DNA of 64,000 nucleotides from the NCBI GenBank assembly GCA_963842525.1, contig CAWJGT010000003.1:1088001-1152000 (forward strand), written 5' to 3'. The notes beneath the pieces were generated by a model, which saw only the letters and a program-made list of their open reading frames with translations, did not search any database and was not told where the DNA came from. A program made the position numbers and the translations under genes. Source of the DNA: an uncultured Holophagales bacterium (GTDB lineage: Bacteria > Acidobacteriota > Thermoanaerobaculia > Multivoradales > UBA5704). Below are positions 38,169 to 49,513 of this stretch, piece by piece (the first letter of the stretch is position 1; each line of letters starts with the position of its first letter).

Positions 38169-40467
38169 CTACCCGGCCCGCTTCAGCACCACCACGGTCG
38201 TGTCGTCCGGAGGCTCCTCCTGGCCGAGGTACTTCCTCCAATCGGCCAGGAGGGCTTCGAGCATCTCCGGAGCCGTGGCGTCGTGGACCGCGCGCAGGAC
38301 CTCGCAGCGGGCGGTCGAAGCCATAGGGAGCTTCGCTCCAATCGCAGGTCTCGATGAGCCCGTCCGAGCAGAAGACCAGGGCGCTCCCGGGCGGTAGATG
38401 GAAGACGTGGTCGCGGTAGACGCGTGGCGGCCCCTGGCCGAGCGGCAGGCCGGGCAGGGGGATCTCCGTGACGTCGCCGTTGACGGAGAGGAACGGGAAC
38501 GGGTGGCCGGCGTTGCTCAGCAGGACCTCGCCAGTCTTCGTGTCGAGGCGCAGGAGGGCCAGGGTCGCGAAGTTGCGCAGCGAGCCGCCGCGGCGGATCA
38601 CGCGGTCGACCTGCTTCAGGATCTCGGCAGGGGTCTTCTCCGGAGCGATCAGGCTGGTCAGCGCGGCGGTGGTCATCGCCTGGACGATGGCGCACGAGTA
38701 GCCGTGGCCGGCCACGTCGCCGGCCGCGACCCAGAGGCGGCCCTCGTCGTCGACCAGGAAGTCGTAGAGGTCGCCGCCGGCCTCGGTGGCCAGGATCGAG
38801 CGTGCGGCGATCTGCCAGCCCGGGATCTCCGGAGGGCTCTCGGGCAGCAACCCTTCCTGCATGCGCGCCAGCAGGTTCATCTCGTACTTGATCCGGCGCT
38901 CTTCGTCGATCCGCCGCATGAAGGCGGGCGGCCGGAGCCGTTCGGCCTCGACCCGGGCGGGACGTCGCAGGCCGACGAGCCCGAGCAGGAGGAACGCCGC
39001 CAGGGTGCCGGCCGTCACCCCGAAGGTACCGGGAAGCCAGTCCAGGTGGAGGGCCGAGAAGACAGCCGCCGGGAGCAGGAGGGATGAGATGGCGGCCGTC
39101 AGGAGAGCGGTGAGCCCATAGCGCCGGCCCAGGAAGACGAGCAGCGCATAGAGGAAGAAGTTTGCGGCGAGCGAGAAAACGTAGGGATCGAACTGGAGGG
39201 GAGGGGCCAGGACGGCGCCTATCAGAGCCGTCGCCCACGGCACCCAACGGACTGCCACCAGCCGGCGCGCCACACCGAGCATCAGAAGGGCCATGGCGGT
39301 GATCCAGAGACCATCGACGAAGGGGTGATGCCAGACTCCGAACACCGGCAGGCGCACGCTCGGGGCCTCAGGCCAGACGCCGGGAGCAGCCACGGCCAAC
39401 GCGGTGACGCCCAGGTTGAATCCGGCGAGAGCGCCGCCAAGGGCGAGCCCATGGAGCAGGGCGCGCCCGCCACGTGGGCCGATCCGGCCCGCCCGGAGCG
39501 AATCGAGGCTGGTGGTGAAGCCGGGGTCCGAGGTGCGCAGGAACGACTCCCCGACGGACCAGAACAGAAAGACCCAGCCGGCCAGCGCGACCGTGGCCAG
39601 GAGCGACATCGAGATCTCCTCCAGGCTCTGCTGCGCGACGAGGGCCGCCACGGTCGAGACCACGAGGACGGCCCCGGCGAGGATCGAGGCGTTCACCAAG
39701 TCGATTCGCCGGCGTGTCACCAGGACCAGGAAGAGGAGCGCCACGCCGATCGAGCGGAAGATCGGTGGCAACACCTTTTGGAGGAACCACGCCAGCGTGG
39801 GGTGCGCCCTTGCGGTCGAGGCCCGTTTGGCCTCACCGATGCCTCGCGTCACGACAATCATGTCGCCCGTGGTTCCGGGCGTGGAAACATGGCCGCCCGC
39901 TCCGCCGCGGACCTCGTAGAAAGTCACTGGAATGCCGCCGAAGGACCCGGGGCGCGGCTTGCCCAGCGATTCCCCCGCGGCCAGGAGGATCTCGGCGAAC
40001 GACTGCCGCAATGCCGCAGGGACCGGCTTGGCCAAGGACTGAGAGAGCTTCCTCCAACCGCGTGCGGCCCATTGCAGGGCCAGAGGATCGCCTTCCAGCG
40101 AGAAGTCAATCGCGAGATCGCGCGCTCTGCCTTCCTGCGGCAGAACCGCCTCCTGCACCACCTGGACGCGGGGTCCGACCCCCTGGAACACGGGAGAGCC
40201 CGGCCTCTCTCGGTCCAGGATCTCGGATGTCTGGTCCGAGATGTCCTCGGGAGTCAGGATTGAAACGCGGGGCGGCCCGGAAGCGAGGCGGGCCCCGAGC
40301 CGGCCGGCCAGCTCGCGGTAGCGCTGGACGTAGAAGCTCTCGTCCGGCAGGCCCCCCAGCCGCCATTCGGGGACCAAGGTCCGGGCCAGGGACAGCCCGG
40401 CCAGGAACAGCAGGCTTCCCAGGCCGACGGCGATCAGCAGACGTGTTGTTTCGGAGCGGGTCTTCAT
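38169..40467 (-). CDS. Membrane-bound SpoIIE/PP2C phosphatase (frameshift ~38306)
   Basis: GGDLYD, GDVAGHG, NAGHP, SDGLIE; shifted tail PPDDTTVVVLKRAG*. Confidence 0.9.
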
Positions 40468-40586
40468 AGGGCGCCGCGCGGGCATCTCTAGATACGGTAC
40501 TCCAGTGCGGGAGTTTTAGGGGGACTTGGCTTGTGGTAAAAGGGTGAAGACCCGCAACGGGTCTCGCATCCGACAAAAGTCTCACT

Positions 40587-41768
40587 ATGAACCCTGAAGA
40601 GCTTACTGAAGCCCTGGCCCGAGAGAGCGAGCGCGTCGAGTGGAAGCAGTCGGCGAGCGACGCCAAGGACATCCTGCGCGCCGCCTGCGCCCTGGCGAAC
40701 GACCTCGGCGACAGCCAGCGTCCCGGCTATCTGGTCATCGGCAAGGCTGACGATGGCAGGATCGTCGGGATTCCGGGAGACCTCGACCAGGAGCAGCAAA
40801 AGCTCGTCAACCGACTCACATCAGCCCGGCTCTTCCCGACCCCGACGTTCAATGTGGAGGTGGTGGAGGTTGAGGGGAAGCCGATTTTTGTCCTGCGTAT
40901 CGACCCTTATCCAGTCCCGCCGGTCGTGACGCTCGACAGCTCGGCCTGGGTCCGCAAGGGGACGGTCACCGAACGAGCCAAGGATTCCGATCTCGTCAGG
41001 CTGCGGGAGAGGCGCCCTGAGAACCGCCAGCCGTTCGACTATCGGATCGTCCCCGGGGCCAGCCAGGACGACCTGCGTCTGACTTCGCTGCGGGAGATGT
41101 ACCTTGCCGCTCGGGAGGCCGATCACGACCCCGGGACCTTTCCCGAGCTCACGGATTGGCTGACGAGCCGAGACCTTGGGCGCATGTACCGGGGTGTCTG
41201 GGCTCCGAATGCGGCCGCGATCCTCCTTTTTGGCAAGCCCCCGCAGTCGTTCTTCCCTGGCGCTTTCGTCGAGCTCGCCCGCTATGGCGGCGCCGATGTG
41301 GACGCTCCCGTGATTTCACGGAAGAAGATCACAGGCACTCTCGCCGACCAGTTGGAAGCGCTCTGGGTGCAGCTCCAGGCACATCTGGTCGAGGTCCCGG
41401 CTCCGGCGGACGGAATCAGGACTCCCTACCGTTCCGAATACCCCCTGGAGGCTCTTCGCGAGCTGGCAAGGAACCTCGTCCAGCATCGTCTGTACGAGGG
41501 GACGAACGCTCCAGGAAGAGTTGAATGGTTCGATGACCGCATCATCTTCTCGAATCCTGGGGGGCCGTTCGGACAGGCCAGCCTGGGCGAGTTTGGCAGC
41601 CATGCCGACTACCGGAACCCCACCATCACCCGATGGCTCGTCGAGCTCGGCTACGTCGAGCAGCTCGGCCGCGGCATCCGCCTGGTGCGCCGGATGCTCA
41701 CCCAGAACGGCAATCCGCCGCTCGAGGTCGAGACCGACGGGTTCACGAGGGTTACGGTAAGAAGGTGA
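40587..41768 (+). CDS. Schlafen/AlbA_2 domain plus HATPase_c_4 protein
   Basis: ESERVEWK, ACALAN, YPLEALRELARNLVQHR, NPGG, YRNP, EQLGRGI. Confidence 0.9.
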   Translation: MNPEELTEALARESERVEWKQSASDAKDILRAACALANDLGDSQRPGYLVIGKADDGRIVGIPGDLDQEQQKLVNRLTSARLFPTPTFNVEVVEVEGKPIFVLRIDPYPVPPVVTLDSSAWVRKGTVTERAKDSDLVRLRERRPENRQPFDYRIVPGASQDDLRLTSLREMYLAAREADHDPGTFPELTDWLTSRDLGRMYRGVWAPNAAAILLFGKPPQSFFPGAFVELARYGGADVDAPVISRKKITGTLADQLEALWVQLQAHLVEVPAPADGIRTPYRSEYPLEALRELARNLVQHRLYEGTNAPGRVEWFDDRIIFSNPGGPFGQASLGEFGSHADYRNPTITRWLVELGYVEQLGRGIRLVRRMLTQNGNPPLEVETDGFTRVTVRR

Positions 41769-41799
41769 CGCAAGCGGTTTGCTAGAATCCCCGACCGTC

Positions 41800-43957
41800 A
41801 TGAGCCATCGACTCCGCACGATCTCCCTCGCCCTCGCGGCGATTCTCGTCCTCGCCGGCCCGCTGGCAGCGCAGGATTCCCAGAAGCTCGTCGTCCTCGG
41901 CTTCGACGGCGCCGACGCCAAGCTGACCCAGAAATGGATGGACGAGGGCAAGCTGCCGAACCTGGCCAAGCTCCGCGCCCAGGGCAGCTTCTCGCCGCTG
42001 CGGCCGACGATCCCCTCGCAGACGCCCGTCGCGTGGTCGACCTTCGCGACCGGCCTCAACCCGGGACGCCACGGGGTCTTCGACTTCCTGAAGCGGAATC
42101 CAAAGGACTACACGCCGACCTTCGCGGCGGCGCAAGAGGGCAAGGCGGACTTCCTCTTCGGTGCCAGGAACGCCTGGATCGTGGGGCTGATCGCGGCAGC
42201 CGTCGTGGCCCTCCTCTTCCTCTTGGCCCTCAAGCTGTTCCGAGTGCGCTGGGTGGTGGCCGCGGCGGTCGCGGTGGTGCTGGGGATCGCGGCCGGCGTG
42301 GGCTCGGGCGCGGCGGCGGACCGCCTGCTCCCCAAGTCGCGGCCCATCGCCATCAGCAGCCAGCAGGGCGACACCTTCTGGAAGCTGCTCGGCCAGGCCG
42401 GCAAGCGGGTGACGGTGATGCGCATCCCGGTGACCTTCCCGCCCAAGAGCTACGACAACGGCCACCTGCTGTCCGGCCTCGGCGTGCCTGACCTCTCGGG
42501 GCGCATCGGCAAGCCCTTCTACTTCACCTCCGAGCTGTTCTTCGCCCCCAGGGGCGGCGGCGACTTCAAGGTCGAGGTCGTCGAGCTGGTGGACAACAAA
42601 GGTGAGATCGAGACCGAGATCAAGGGGCCGCAGAACGAGCTGTTCCCCGAGCAGAGCGACTACATCAAGATCCCGATGAAGCTCACCGTCGCAGAGGACA
42701 AGAAATCGCTGCGCATCCAGGTCTCGGGCAACGACCTCACCCTGAATTCGGGGCAGTGGAGCGACTGGGTGCGCTTCACATTTCCGTTCAACTCGATCAT
42801 CAAGCTCAAGGGCATCAGCCGGTTCCGTGTGCTGTCCATCGAGCCCGAGGTACGGCTCTACCTCTCTCCCATTCAGTTCGATCCCGAAAACCTGCCGCCC
42901 GGCTTCGACATTACGGCGCCGGCCAGCTTCATCGACGACCTGACCGGCGAGCACGGCCTGTTCAAGACCCAGGGCTGGATGATCGACACGTGGTCCACCA
43001 CCGCCGGGACCATCGACGAGGGGGTCTTCCTCGAAGACGTGAAGATGACGGTGGAGAAGGACCAGGAGATCCTCAACAGCCTCCTCGCCAAGAGCGATTG
43101 GGACGTGCTGGTGCACTACTTCGAGTTCACCGACCGTGTGCAGCACATGATGTTCCGCTTTTTCGACCCCAAGCATCCGCTCTACACGCCGGAAGGTGCG
43201 GTGAAATGGGGGGGCTCGATCCTGGCGTCGTACCAGGAGATGGACCGCATCGTCGGCGAGACGATGCAGAAGATGCCGTCCGGCGCCAAGCTCCTGGTCG
43301 TCTCCGACCACGGCTTCGCCTCCTTCCGCCGCGGCATGAACTACAACACCTGGCTGGTGAAGAACGGTTTCATGACCCTGAACGGCCAGGACGCCAAACG
43401 GATGAACCTGGAGGACCTCTTCGATCAGGGCGACTTCTTCGTCAACGTCGACTGGTCGAAGACCAAGGCGTACGCCCTCGGCCTGGGGCAGGTCTACATC
43501 AACCTCAAGGGCCGCGAGGAGAAGGGGATCGTGGAGCCGGGCGAGGAGTACAAGCAGGTGGTCGCTGCGATCAAGGCGGGGCTCGAGTCCTTCGTCGACG
43601 AGGAGACGGGGGAGCGCCCGGTGGCCCACGCCTTCACCCGCGACGAGGCCTACGAGGGGGTCTACGATCCCGAGCTGATCCCGGACCTCATCCCGTTCGA
43701 ACAGCGAAGGCTATCGCGTCGGCTGGCAGGACAGCCTGGGCGGCATCGGCAAGACCATCGTCGAGCCCAACACGGAGATCTGGAGCGGCGACCACTGCTC
43801 GGTCTATCCGCCGCTGGTGCAGGGCATCCTTTTCAGCAGCGTCAAGCTGAACGTCCCGCAAGGCGCCTACATGGGCGACGTGATGCCGACGATCCTCGAC
43901 CTCTACGGCGTCAAGCCGACGACGAACCTCGACGGCAGGAGCCTGCTGGTGAAGTAG
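41800..43957 (+). CDS. Alkaline-phosphatase-superfamily phosphodiesterase (frameshift ~43696)
   Basis: GFDGAD, QTPVAWSTFATG, DRVQH, SDHGF; shifted tail WSGDHCS...DVMPTIL. Confidence 0.9.
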
Positions 43958-43964
43958 CCGGCGC

Positions 43965-45116
43965 TCAGTTGACCGACTCTGAAATGGCGAAGGCGATCCT
44001 CTGGTTGTCGGTCGAGAATCGGTAGGTGCCGTCTTCGCCTTTGTAGATGTCCACCACGAGCTCGAACTCATCCCCTATTGTGTCATCGCCCGGGAACTCA
44101 TCGGAACGGAAATGCACAGAGGCAGAGTCCTTTCCCTTTCGGAAGAAGGAGGTCAACGTATAGAAAGTGTGGTAGGAGTGGTGGAAGACCGCAATCTCGA
44201 CATCCGCATTTTTATCCCACTCCCCGTCGAGCCAGTCGAGGAAATCTCCCTTCTTCTGCAGGAGTCCCTGGACGTCCGGGACCTTGTTGTTGCCGTCCCA
44301 GATCGAGGTCTTGATCTTAGCTCCGCTGAGAAGTAGCGCGTAGACGTCCTTGGCAATGATCCATTCGTCGAAGTGGCTTCCGTTGCCGTTCCTGTCCTCT
44401 TCTTTGCCGATGCCTTCATCGATGAGGTCGTCGAGGATCTTCTTGGCGGTGCGGTTTTTATCGAACTTGTGCGTCTGGTTGAGCCAGTCGAGGCTGCGGG
44501 CGAAGGCTCCCGCGAAGCGGTGCTCGTACTCGCTCTCCTGCAGCGGTTGAACGACCCGCGGCACAAATGTCTTTATCGGCCGATCAACGATCAGGATCGG
44601 CCGCGGCGGCACACCCGGATCGAACGGTCCCACCGAGGCCACGTGGCGCTCGCGGGTGCCGACGAAGGTGACCGGGCCTTTCGCGGCCTGGGGTGCCTTC
44701 TTGCTCAGAGCCGTGTCCAGAGTCAGCATGTACTGGACCTTGTTCCAGTCCGTGCCGTCCTTGAGGCCCAGGTTCCGGAGATCGAGAAAGACCGCCTTGC
44801 GGCGCAACGTGGCGTTGCGCTCGCCGTCGAGCGGCAGGTTGCGGAGGAACCAGGACTGGCGCCGGCTCCCCGGGAGCTTGACCGTGCCGTTCAGGTACCA
44901 GGTCTTGCGGGCGGCCTTGTAGGCGAAGCTCATCTGCCCCCAGAGCGAGTTGAGCTTCGCCGGATCGTTCTTGCCGTACATCCAGTCTACCTGGTCGAAG
45001 GCGAGGCTCAGGAAGGTCGGCGGTGGAGAGGATGGAGGCCCGGCGGTGAGCGAAGCCGGGTCCAGCGCGACGAGCAGGGCGAGCATGGCGAGGAGACGGA
45101 TGCGATGGGCTCTCAT
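43965..45116 (-). CDS. Secreted hypothetical protein
   Basis: Signal peptide, GGAGG RBS, 383 aa. Confidence 0.75.
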   Translation of the reverse strand: MRAHRIRLLAMLALLVALDPASLTAGPPSSPPPTFLSLAFDQVDWMYGKNDPAKLNSLWGQMSFAYKAARKTWYLNGTVKLPGSRRQSWFLRNLPLDGERNATLRRKAVFLDLRNLGLKDGTDWNKVQYMLTLDTALSKKAPQAAKGPVTFVGTRERHVASVGPFDPGVPPRPILIVDRPIKTFVPRVVQPLQESEYEHRFAGAFARSLDWLNQTHKFDKNRTAKKILDDLIDEGIGKEEDRNGNGSHFDEWIIAKDVYALLLSGAKIKTSIWDGNNKVPDVQGLLQKKGDFLDWLDGEWDKNADVEIAVFHHSYHTFYTLTSFFRKGKDSASVHFRSDEFPGDDTIGDEFELVVDIYKGEDGTYRFSTDNQRIAFAISESVN

Positions 45117-45261
45117 GGTTCCTCCGATGTTCCGTTGCGAGCGTTCCGGGCACTCTGTGCGGGAAACCGGCCGGCTATTTCACTTTCCGCCCCGCCGGCC
45201 CGGCCTTGGGCATCGGCACCGGATATCGTCTATCGTATTCACATTGAAAAGGAGGTAAGGC

Positions 45262-45759
45262 ATGTCATCAGACCGTGAGATCCAGGCGAGACGCCGGCAA
45301 GCCATCGTCGAGGTCCTCACCGGAGACAAGCAGGTGTCAGAGCAGAAGGAGCTGGTCGAGATGCTGCGCGCACAGGGGATTCCGGCGACGCAGTCGAGCA
45401 TCAGCCGCGACCTCAAAGTCCTTGGGGCCGTGCGGACCCGGGGGTACTACGAAATTCCCTCCTGGAGTGAAGAAGAGGAGGAGGAAGGGGGCTCGCCGTT
45501 CCGCAAAGTGGTCCCCTTCGTCCGGCGGGTGAGGACGGCCGGGCCGTACCAGACGCTCCTCGTCACCGATCCGGGCGCCGGGCGCGTGGTCGCCCAGGCG
45601 ATCGCCGAATCCGCATGGGAGGACGTCGTCGGCACGGTCAACGGCGACAGCAGCGTGCTGATCCTGACGGAGAACTTCTTTTTTCAGCGGCTCGTGTACG
45701 AACGGCTCAAGTACTTCCTGACGGAGAGCGGGGAGAACGAGATCGTGGAGATGGAATGA
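45262..45759 (+). CDS. argR: Arginine-repressor family regulator
   Basis: RRQAI...ATQSSISRDL; C-terminal VVGTVNGD; AAGGAGG RBS. Confidence 0.85.
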   Translation: MSSDREIQARRRQAIVEVLTGDKQVSEQKELVEMLRAQGIPATQSSISRDLKVLGAVRTRGYYEIPSWSEEEEEEGGSPFRKVVPFVRRVRTAGPYQTLLVTDPGAGRVVAQAIAESAWEDVVGTVNGDSSVLILTENFFFQRLVYERLKYFLTESGENEIVEME

Positions 45760-45806
45760 GGCACCCCAGGTTAGACTCTTCCCTGGATTCTGGAGGAGGG
45801 ACCCCG

Positions 45807-46631
45807 ATGCCTGCCTGCACAAGGACATGCCGGCTCTTCCTGCTCGCGGTCCTGGCGCTCGCCGCCGGAGCCGCCGCCCAACAACCTGCGGCCGATCGTC
45901 CCCCGATCGACCTCCAAGGGGTGCGGGTGGTCGACCTCACGTACGCCTTCGACGAAAAGACGATCTACTGGCCGAACGCGCCCTCGACGTTCCAGCTCGA
46001 CCGCCTGTCGTACGGCAAGACCGAGGCCGGTTTCTTCTATGCGTCCAACGCGTTCTGCACGCCCGAGCACGGCGGCACCCACCTGGACGCGCCGATCCAT
46101 TTCGCCGAGAAGGGGCGGACGGCTGATCAGATCCCGGTGGAGCAGCTCATCGGTCCGGCGGTGGTGATCGACGTCCGCGCCAAGGCGGCGGCCGATCCCG
46201 ACTACCGGCTGACGCCCGAGGACGTCCGGGCCTGGGAGGGGAAGCACGGTGCGGTGCCGCAGGGGTCGATCGTCCTGCTGCGCACCGGCTGGGGAGCGCG
46301 CTGGCCGGACCGCAAGCGCTACCTGGGGGACGACAAGCCGGGCGATGCCTCGAACCTGCACTTCCCTTCGTATGGGGCCGAAGCTGCCCGCTACCTGGTC
46401 GAGCAGAGGAAGGTTGGCGCCCTGGGGGTGGACACGGCGAGCATCGACCACGGCCCCTCGAAGGACTTCATCGTGCACCAGATCGCCAACGGCGCGAACG
46501 TCCCCGGCCTGGAGAACGTGGCCCAGCTTGAAGAGCTGCCGGAGACGGGAGCCTGGGTGATCGCGTTGCCGATGAAGATCGCGGGCGGTTCGGGCGGGCC
46601 GGTGCGGATCGTGGCCCTGGTGCCGAGATAA
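45807..46631 (+). CDS. Cyclase family (kynurenine formamidase-like) protein with signal peptide
   Basis: EHGGTHLDAPIHF, LLRTGW, GVDTASID, GSGGPVR. Confidence 0.9.
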   Translation: MPACTRTCRLFLLAVLALAAGAAAQQPAADRPPIDLQGVRVVDLTYAFDEKTIYWPNAPSTFQLDRLSYGKTEAGFFYASNAFCTPEHGGTHLDAPIHFAEKGRTADQIPVEQLIGPAVVIDVRAKAAADPDYRLTPEDVRAWEGKHGAVPQGSIVLLRTGWGARWPDRKRYLGDDKPGDASNLHFPSYGAEAARYLVEQRKVGALGVDTASIDHGPSKDFIVHQIANGANVPGLENVAQLEELPETGAWVIALPMKIAGGSGGPVRIVALVPR

Positions 46632-46794
46632 CCTCACCCCCTGGCCCCCTCTCCCATCTCCCGCCCGCCCATCCCCGGGAGAGGGGGGACGTTGTTGTTG
46701 CCTCCGTGGCGAGCTCGCTGAACAGCTTTGGATGGGTTCCCCCTCTCCCGGCGGGGGTGGAAGGGAGATGGGAGAGGGGGCTAGGGGGTGAGGT
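46631..46794. repeat. REP-like nested hairpin (family A)
   Basis: ACCTCACCCCCTGGCCCCCTCTCCCATC...GATGGGAGAGGGGGCTAGGGGGTGAGGT. Confidence 0.8.
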
Positions 46795-46804
46795 CTCTTC
46801 GGCG

Positions 46805-47464
46805 CTAACCCGCCCTGGAGATTCTGCGTGGCTGCGGTGTCGGAGCTTCGTCCTCGCTGAGGAGGACGCGGAGCTTCTTCATCGCCATCAGGGCGCGGGA
46901 TTTGACGGTCCCGAGGGGTGCCCCGAGGTGCGCGGCGATCTCGGTCTGGGAGAGGCCGTGGAAGAAGGCCAGCTCGACGACCCGGCGCTGCTCCGGGGGG
47001 AGGCACTCGAGGGCCGAGCCGATGCGGCGCTGCCGGTCCCGGTGCTCCAGCCGCCGGCTGCCGACGGGAGCGGCGGCCACCGCGGCCTCGCGGCCCAGCT
47101 TGTCCTCCCGGCGATGGCGCGCCGTCGCGGCGCGGAGCCGGTCGAGGGCGCGCGAGCGGGCGAGCAGGAGCAGCCAGCCGCGCGGCGAGGACCGGGCGGA
47201 GTCGTAGCGGCGGGCCTCGCGCCAGACTTGGAGGAAGACCTCCTGGAGCACCTCTTCGGCTTCGCCGTTCTTGCCCAGCATCCGCTGGAGCAGCCCGAGC
47301 GTCACCCCGGCGTGGCGGTCGTAGAAGGTGCCGAGGGCGTCGCTGGAGCCGGCGGCGATCTGGCGCAGCAGGTCGACATCGGGCTCGGTCGTCGGGGTCG
47401 GCGCCAGGGGCCTGGGCGTTCTGGGCGTGAAGAGGAGGGTCTTGGAAGCGGGTTCTGAGGGCAT
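46805..47464 (-). CDS. ECF sigma factor (SigK-like)
   Basis: AEEVLQEVFLQVW, ARSRALDRLR, GLSQTEIA..LGAPLGTVKSR. Confidence 0.9.
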   Translation of the reverse strand: MPSEPASKTLLFTPRTPRPLAPTPTTEPDVDLLRQIAAGSSDALGTFYDRHAGVTLGLLQRMLGKNGEAEEVLQEVFLQVWREARRYDSARSSPRGWLLLLARSRALDRLRAATARHRREDKLGREAAVAAAPVGSRRLEHRDRQRRIGSALECLPPEQRRVVELAFFHGLSQTEIAAHLGAPLGTVKSRALMAMKKLRVLLSEDEAPTPQPRRISRAG

Positions 47465-47579
47465 GACTTTTGCTCCGGGGTGGTAAAGTCACCGTCTGAA
47501 GCAGACTGTAGCGTCCGGCGCTGGCGACTGTCCTCTAAGCTCGGGTTAAAATTTGATCAAAGAAGTCTCAAAGCCGCCC

Positions 47580-49316
47580 ATGTCCAGTCGACGAACCCTG
47601 GAGCTCGACGGCCTAACGGTAGACCTCGGCAGCCGCCTGCTGCTGCGCGGGGACCGGCAGGTGCCCCTGACGCCGAAGGCCTTCGACACCCTTGCGGTGC
47701 TGCTCGAGCGCCCTGGCGAGGTGGTGTCCAAAGAGGACCTCATCGCGCGGGTCTGGCCCGACACCTTCGTCGAGGAAGGGATCCTGACCCAGAACGTCTA
47801 CACCCTGCGCAAGGCCCTGCAGGAAGCGGGCGGCGAGCGGACCTATATCGAGACCATCCCGCGCCGGGGCTACCGCTTCGTGGGTCTGCCTGTCGAGCGG
47901 GCAGACCGCGAGCCCGTACAGGAGGCGGCGCCGATCACCTCGCTCGCGGTCCTCCCGTTCGAGCCCCTGACGGCCCATTCGGACGATGCCTACATCGGGC
48001 TCGGCCTGGCCGACGCCCTGATCACCCGGCTCTCGAACCTGCGGCGGATCACCGTGCGGCCGACCAGCGCGGTGCGCCGCTATCTCGGCGTGGCGCGCGA
48101 CCCGGCCAGCATCGGCCGCGCCCTCCAGGCCGACGCCGTGCTCGACGGCACGATCCAGCGCTCGGGGGACACCCTGCGGATCACTGTCCAGCTCATCGGC
48201 GTCCGCGAAGGCGTGACGCTCTGGGCGACCAAGCTCGACGCCCGGGAGGCCGACCTCTTCGCGCTGGAGGACTCCCTCTCCCAGGAGCTGGCCGACGAGC
48301 TGCAGCTCCGGCTCTCGCAGCGGGAGCGGGAGCGGCTGACGCGCGGCCGGACACCCGTTCCCGATGCCTACCAGGTCTATCTGCGTGGGCGGTACTTCTG
48401 GAACCGGCGGACCCGGGAGGGGCTGGAGAAAGGGATCGAGCTGTTCCGCCAGGCCATCGTCCTCGATCCCGACTTTGCCCTCGCCCATGCGGGCCTCGCG
48501 GACTGCTTTGTCCTCCTCCCGTTCTTCGGGGCCTTCGCGCCGCGGGAGGTCTTCCCCGAGGCGATCGCCGCGGCCGAGCAGGCGTTGATGCTCGACGATT
48601 CCCTGGCCGAGGCGCACACCTCCCTCGCCTATGCCCGCTTCTACTTCGAGCGGCGCTGGGACCTGGCGGAGCGCGGCTTCCAGCGGGCGATCGACCTCAA
48701 TCCTGGCTATCCGACTGCGCACCAGTGGTACGCCTTCCTGCTCTCCGCCCTGGGGCGGCATGGGGAGGCCGTGGCGCGGGCTCGGCAGGCGCGGGACCTC
48801 GACCCCCTGTCGTTGGTCATCAATGCGGACCTCGGCATGGTCCTCTATTTCTCCCGCGATCATGCCGCGGCGGTCGAGCAGTTCCGGGCGACCCTGGACC
48901 TCGATTCCACCTTCGCCTATGCGCGGTTCGGGCTCGGCCATGCCCTGCAGCAGCAGGGCCGGCTGGCCGAGGCGGTGGAGGAGCTGCGCCGTGCCGTGGA
49001 GCTCGCGCCGGGCAACCTGGTCTGGCAGGCCGCCCTCGGGCAGGCTCTGGCCTGGTCCGGCCGGCCGGAGGAGGCGCGATGCATCCTCGGCGAGCTCGAA
49101 GAGCGGGCGGACTGCGAGTATGTGGAGTCGAGCGACTTCGCCTTCCTCTGGACCGCCCTGGGCGAGCTCGACCGGGCGATCGACCGCCTCGAACGGGCCT
49201 GTGACGAGCGCTCCCGCTTCGTCGCCCTGCTCGCCACCTGGCCGATCTACGACCCCCTCCGCACCCATCCCCGCTGGCCGGACCTCCTGCGCCGCGCCGG
49301 CCTGGGTGGAAATTGA
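47580..49316 (+). CDS. OmpR-type wHTH + TolB-N-like + TPR regulator
   Basis: LTPKAFDTL, IETIPRRGYRF, SLAVLPF, AYQVYLRGR, TPRs. Confidence 0.9.
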   Translation: MSSRRTLELDGLTVDLGSRLLLRGDRQVPLTPKAFDTLAVLLERPGEVVSKEDLIARVWPDTFVEEGILTQNVYTLRKALQEAGGERTYIETIPRRGYRFVGLPVERADREPVQEAAPITSLAVLPFEPLTAHSDDAYIGLGLADALITRLSNLRRITVRPTSAVRRYLGVARDPASIGRALQADAVLDGTIQRSGDTLRITVQLIGVREGVTLWATKLDAREADLFALEDSLSQELADELQLRLSQRERERLTRGRTPVPDAYQVYLRGRYFWNRRTREGLEKGIELFRQAIVLDPDFALAHAGLADCFVLLPFFGAFAPREVFPEAIAAAEQALMLDDSLAEAHTSLAYARFYFERRWDLAERGFQRAIDLNPGYPTAHQWYAFLLSALGRHGEAVARARQARDLDPLSLVINADLGMVLYFSRDHAAAVEQFRATLDLDSTFAYARFGLGHALQQQGRLAEAVEELRRAVELAPGNLVWQAALGQALAWSGRPEEARCILGELEERADCEYVESSDFAFLWTALGELDRAIDRLERACDERSRFVALLATWPIYDPLRTHPRWPDLLRRAGLGGN

Positions 49317-49337
49317 GAGGGCAGAAAGGAGAGCGTC

Positions 49338-49513
49338 ATGGCAACCGACGTGCACGTGGGTCTGTTCGTCCGGCTGGAGGCAAAGGCCGGCAAGGAAGAG
49401 GAGGTGGCGAGCTTCCTGCGCGGCGGCTTGTCGATCGTCGAAGAGGAGCCGGCGACCATCGCGTGGTTCGCGATCCAGCTCGGACCGTCGACGTTGCCAA
49501 GCTGCCCGGCTAG
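49338..49513 (+). pseudogene. Antibiotic-biosynthesis-monooxygenase family gene with an internal deletion
   Basis: VRLEAKAGKEEEV...WFAIQLGPST joined out of frame to the terminal VAKLPG*. Confidence 0.7.
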
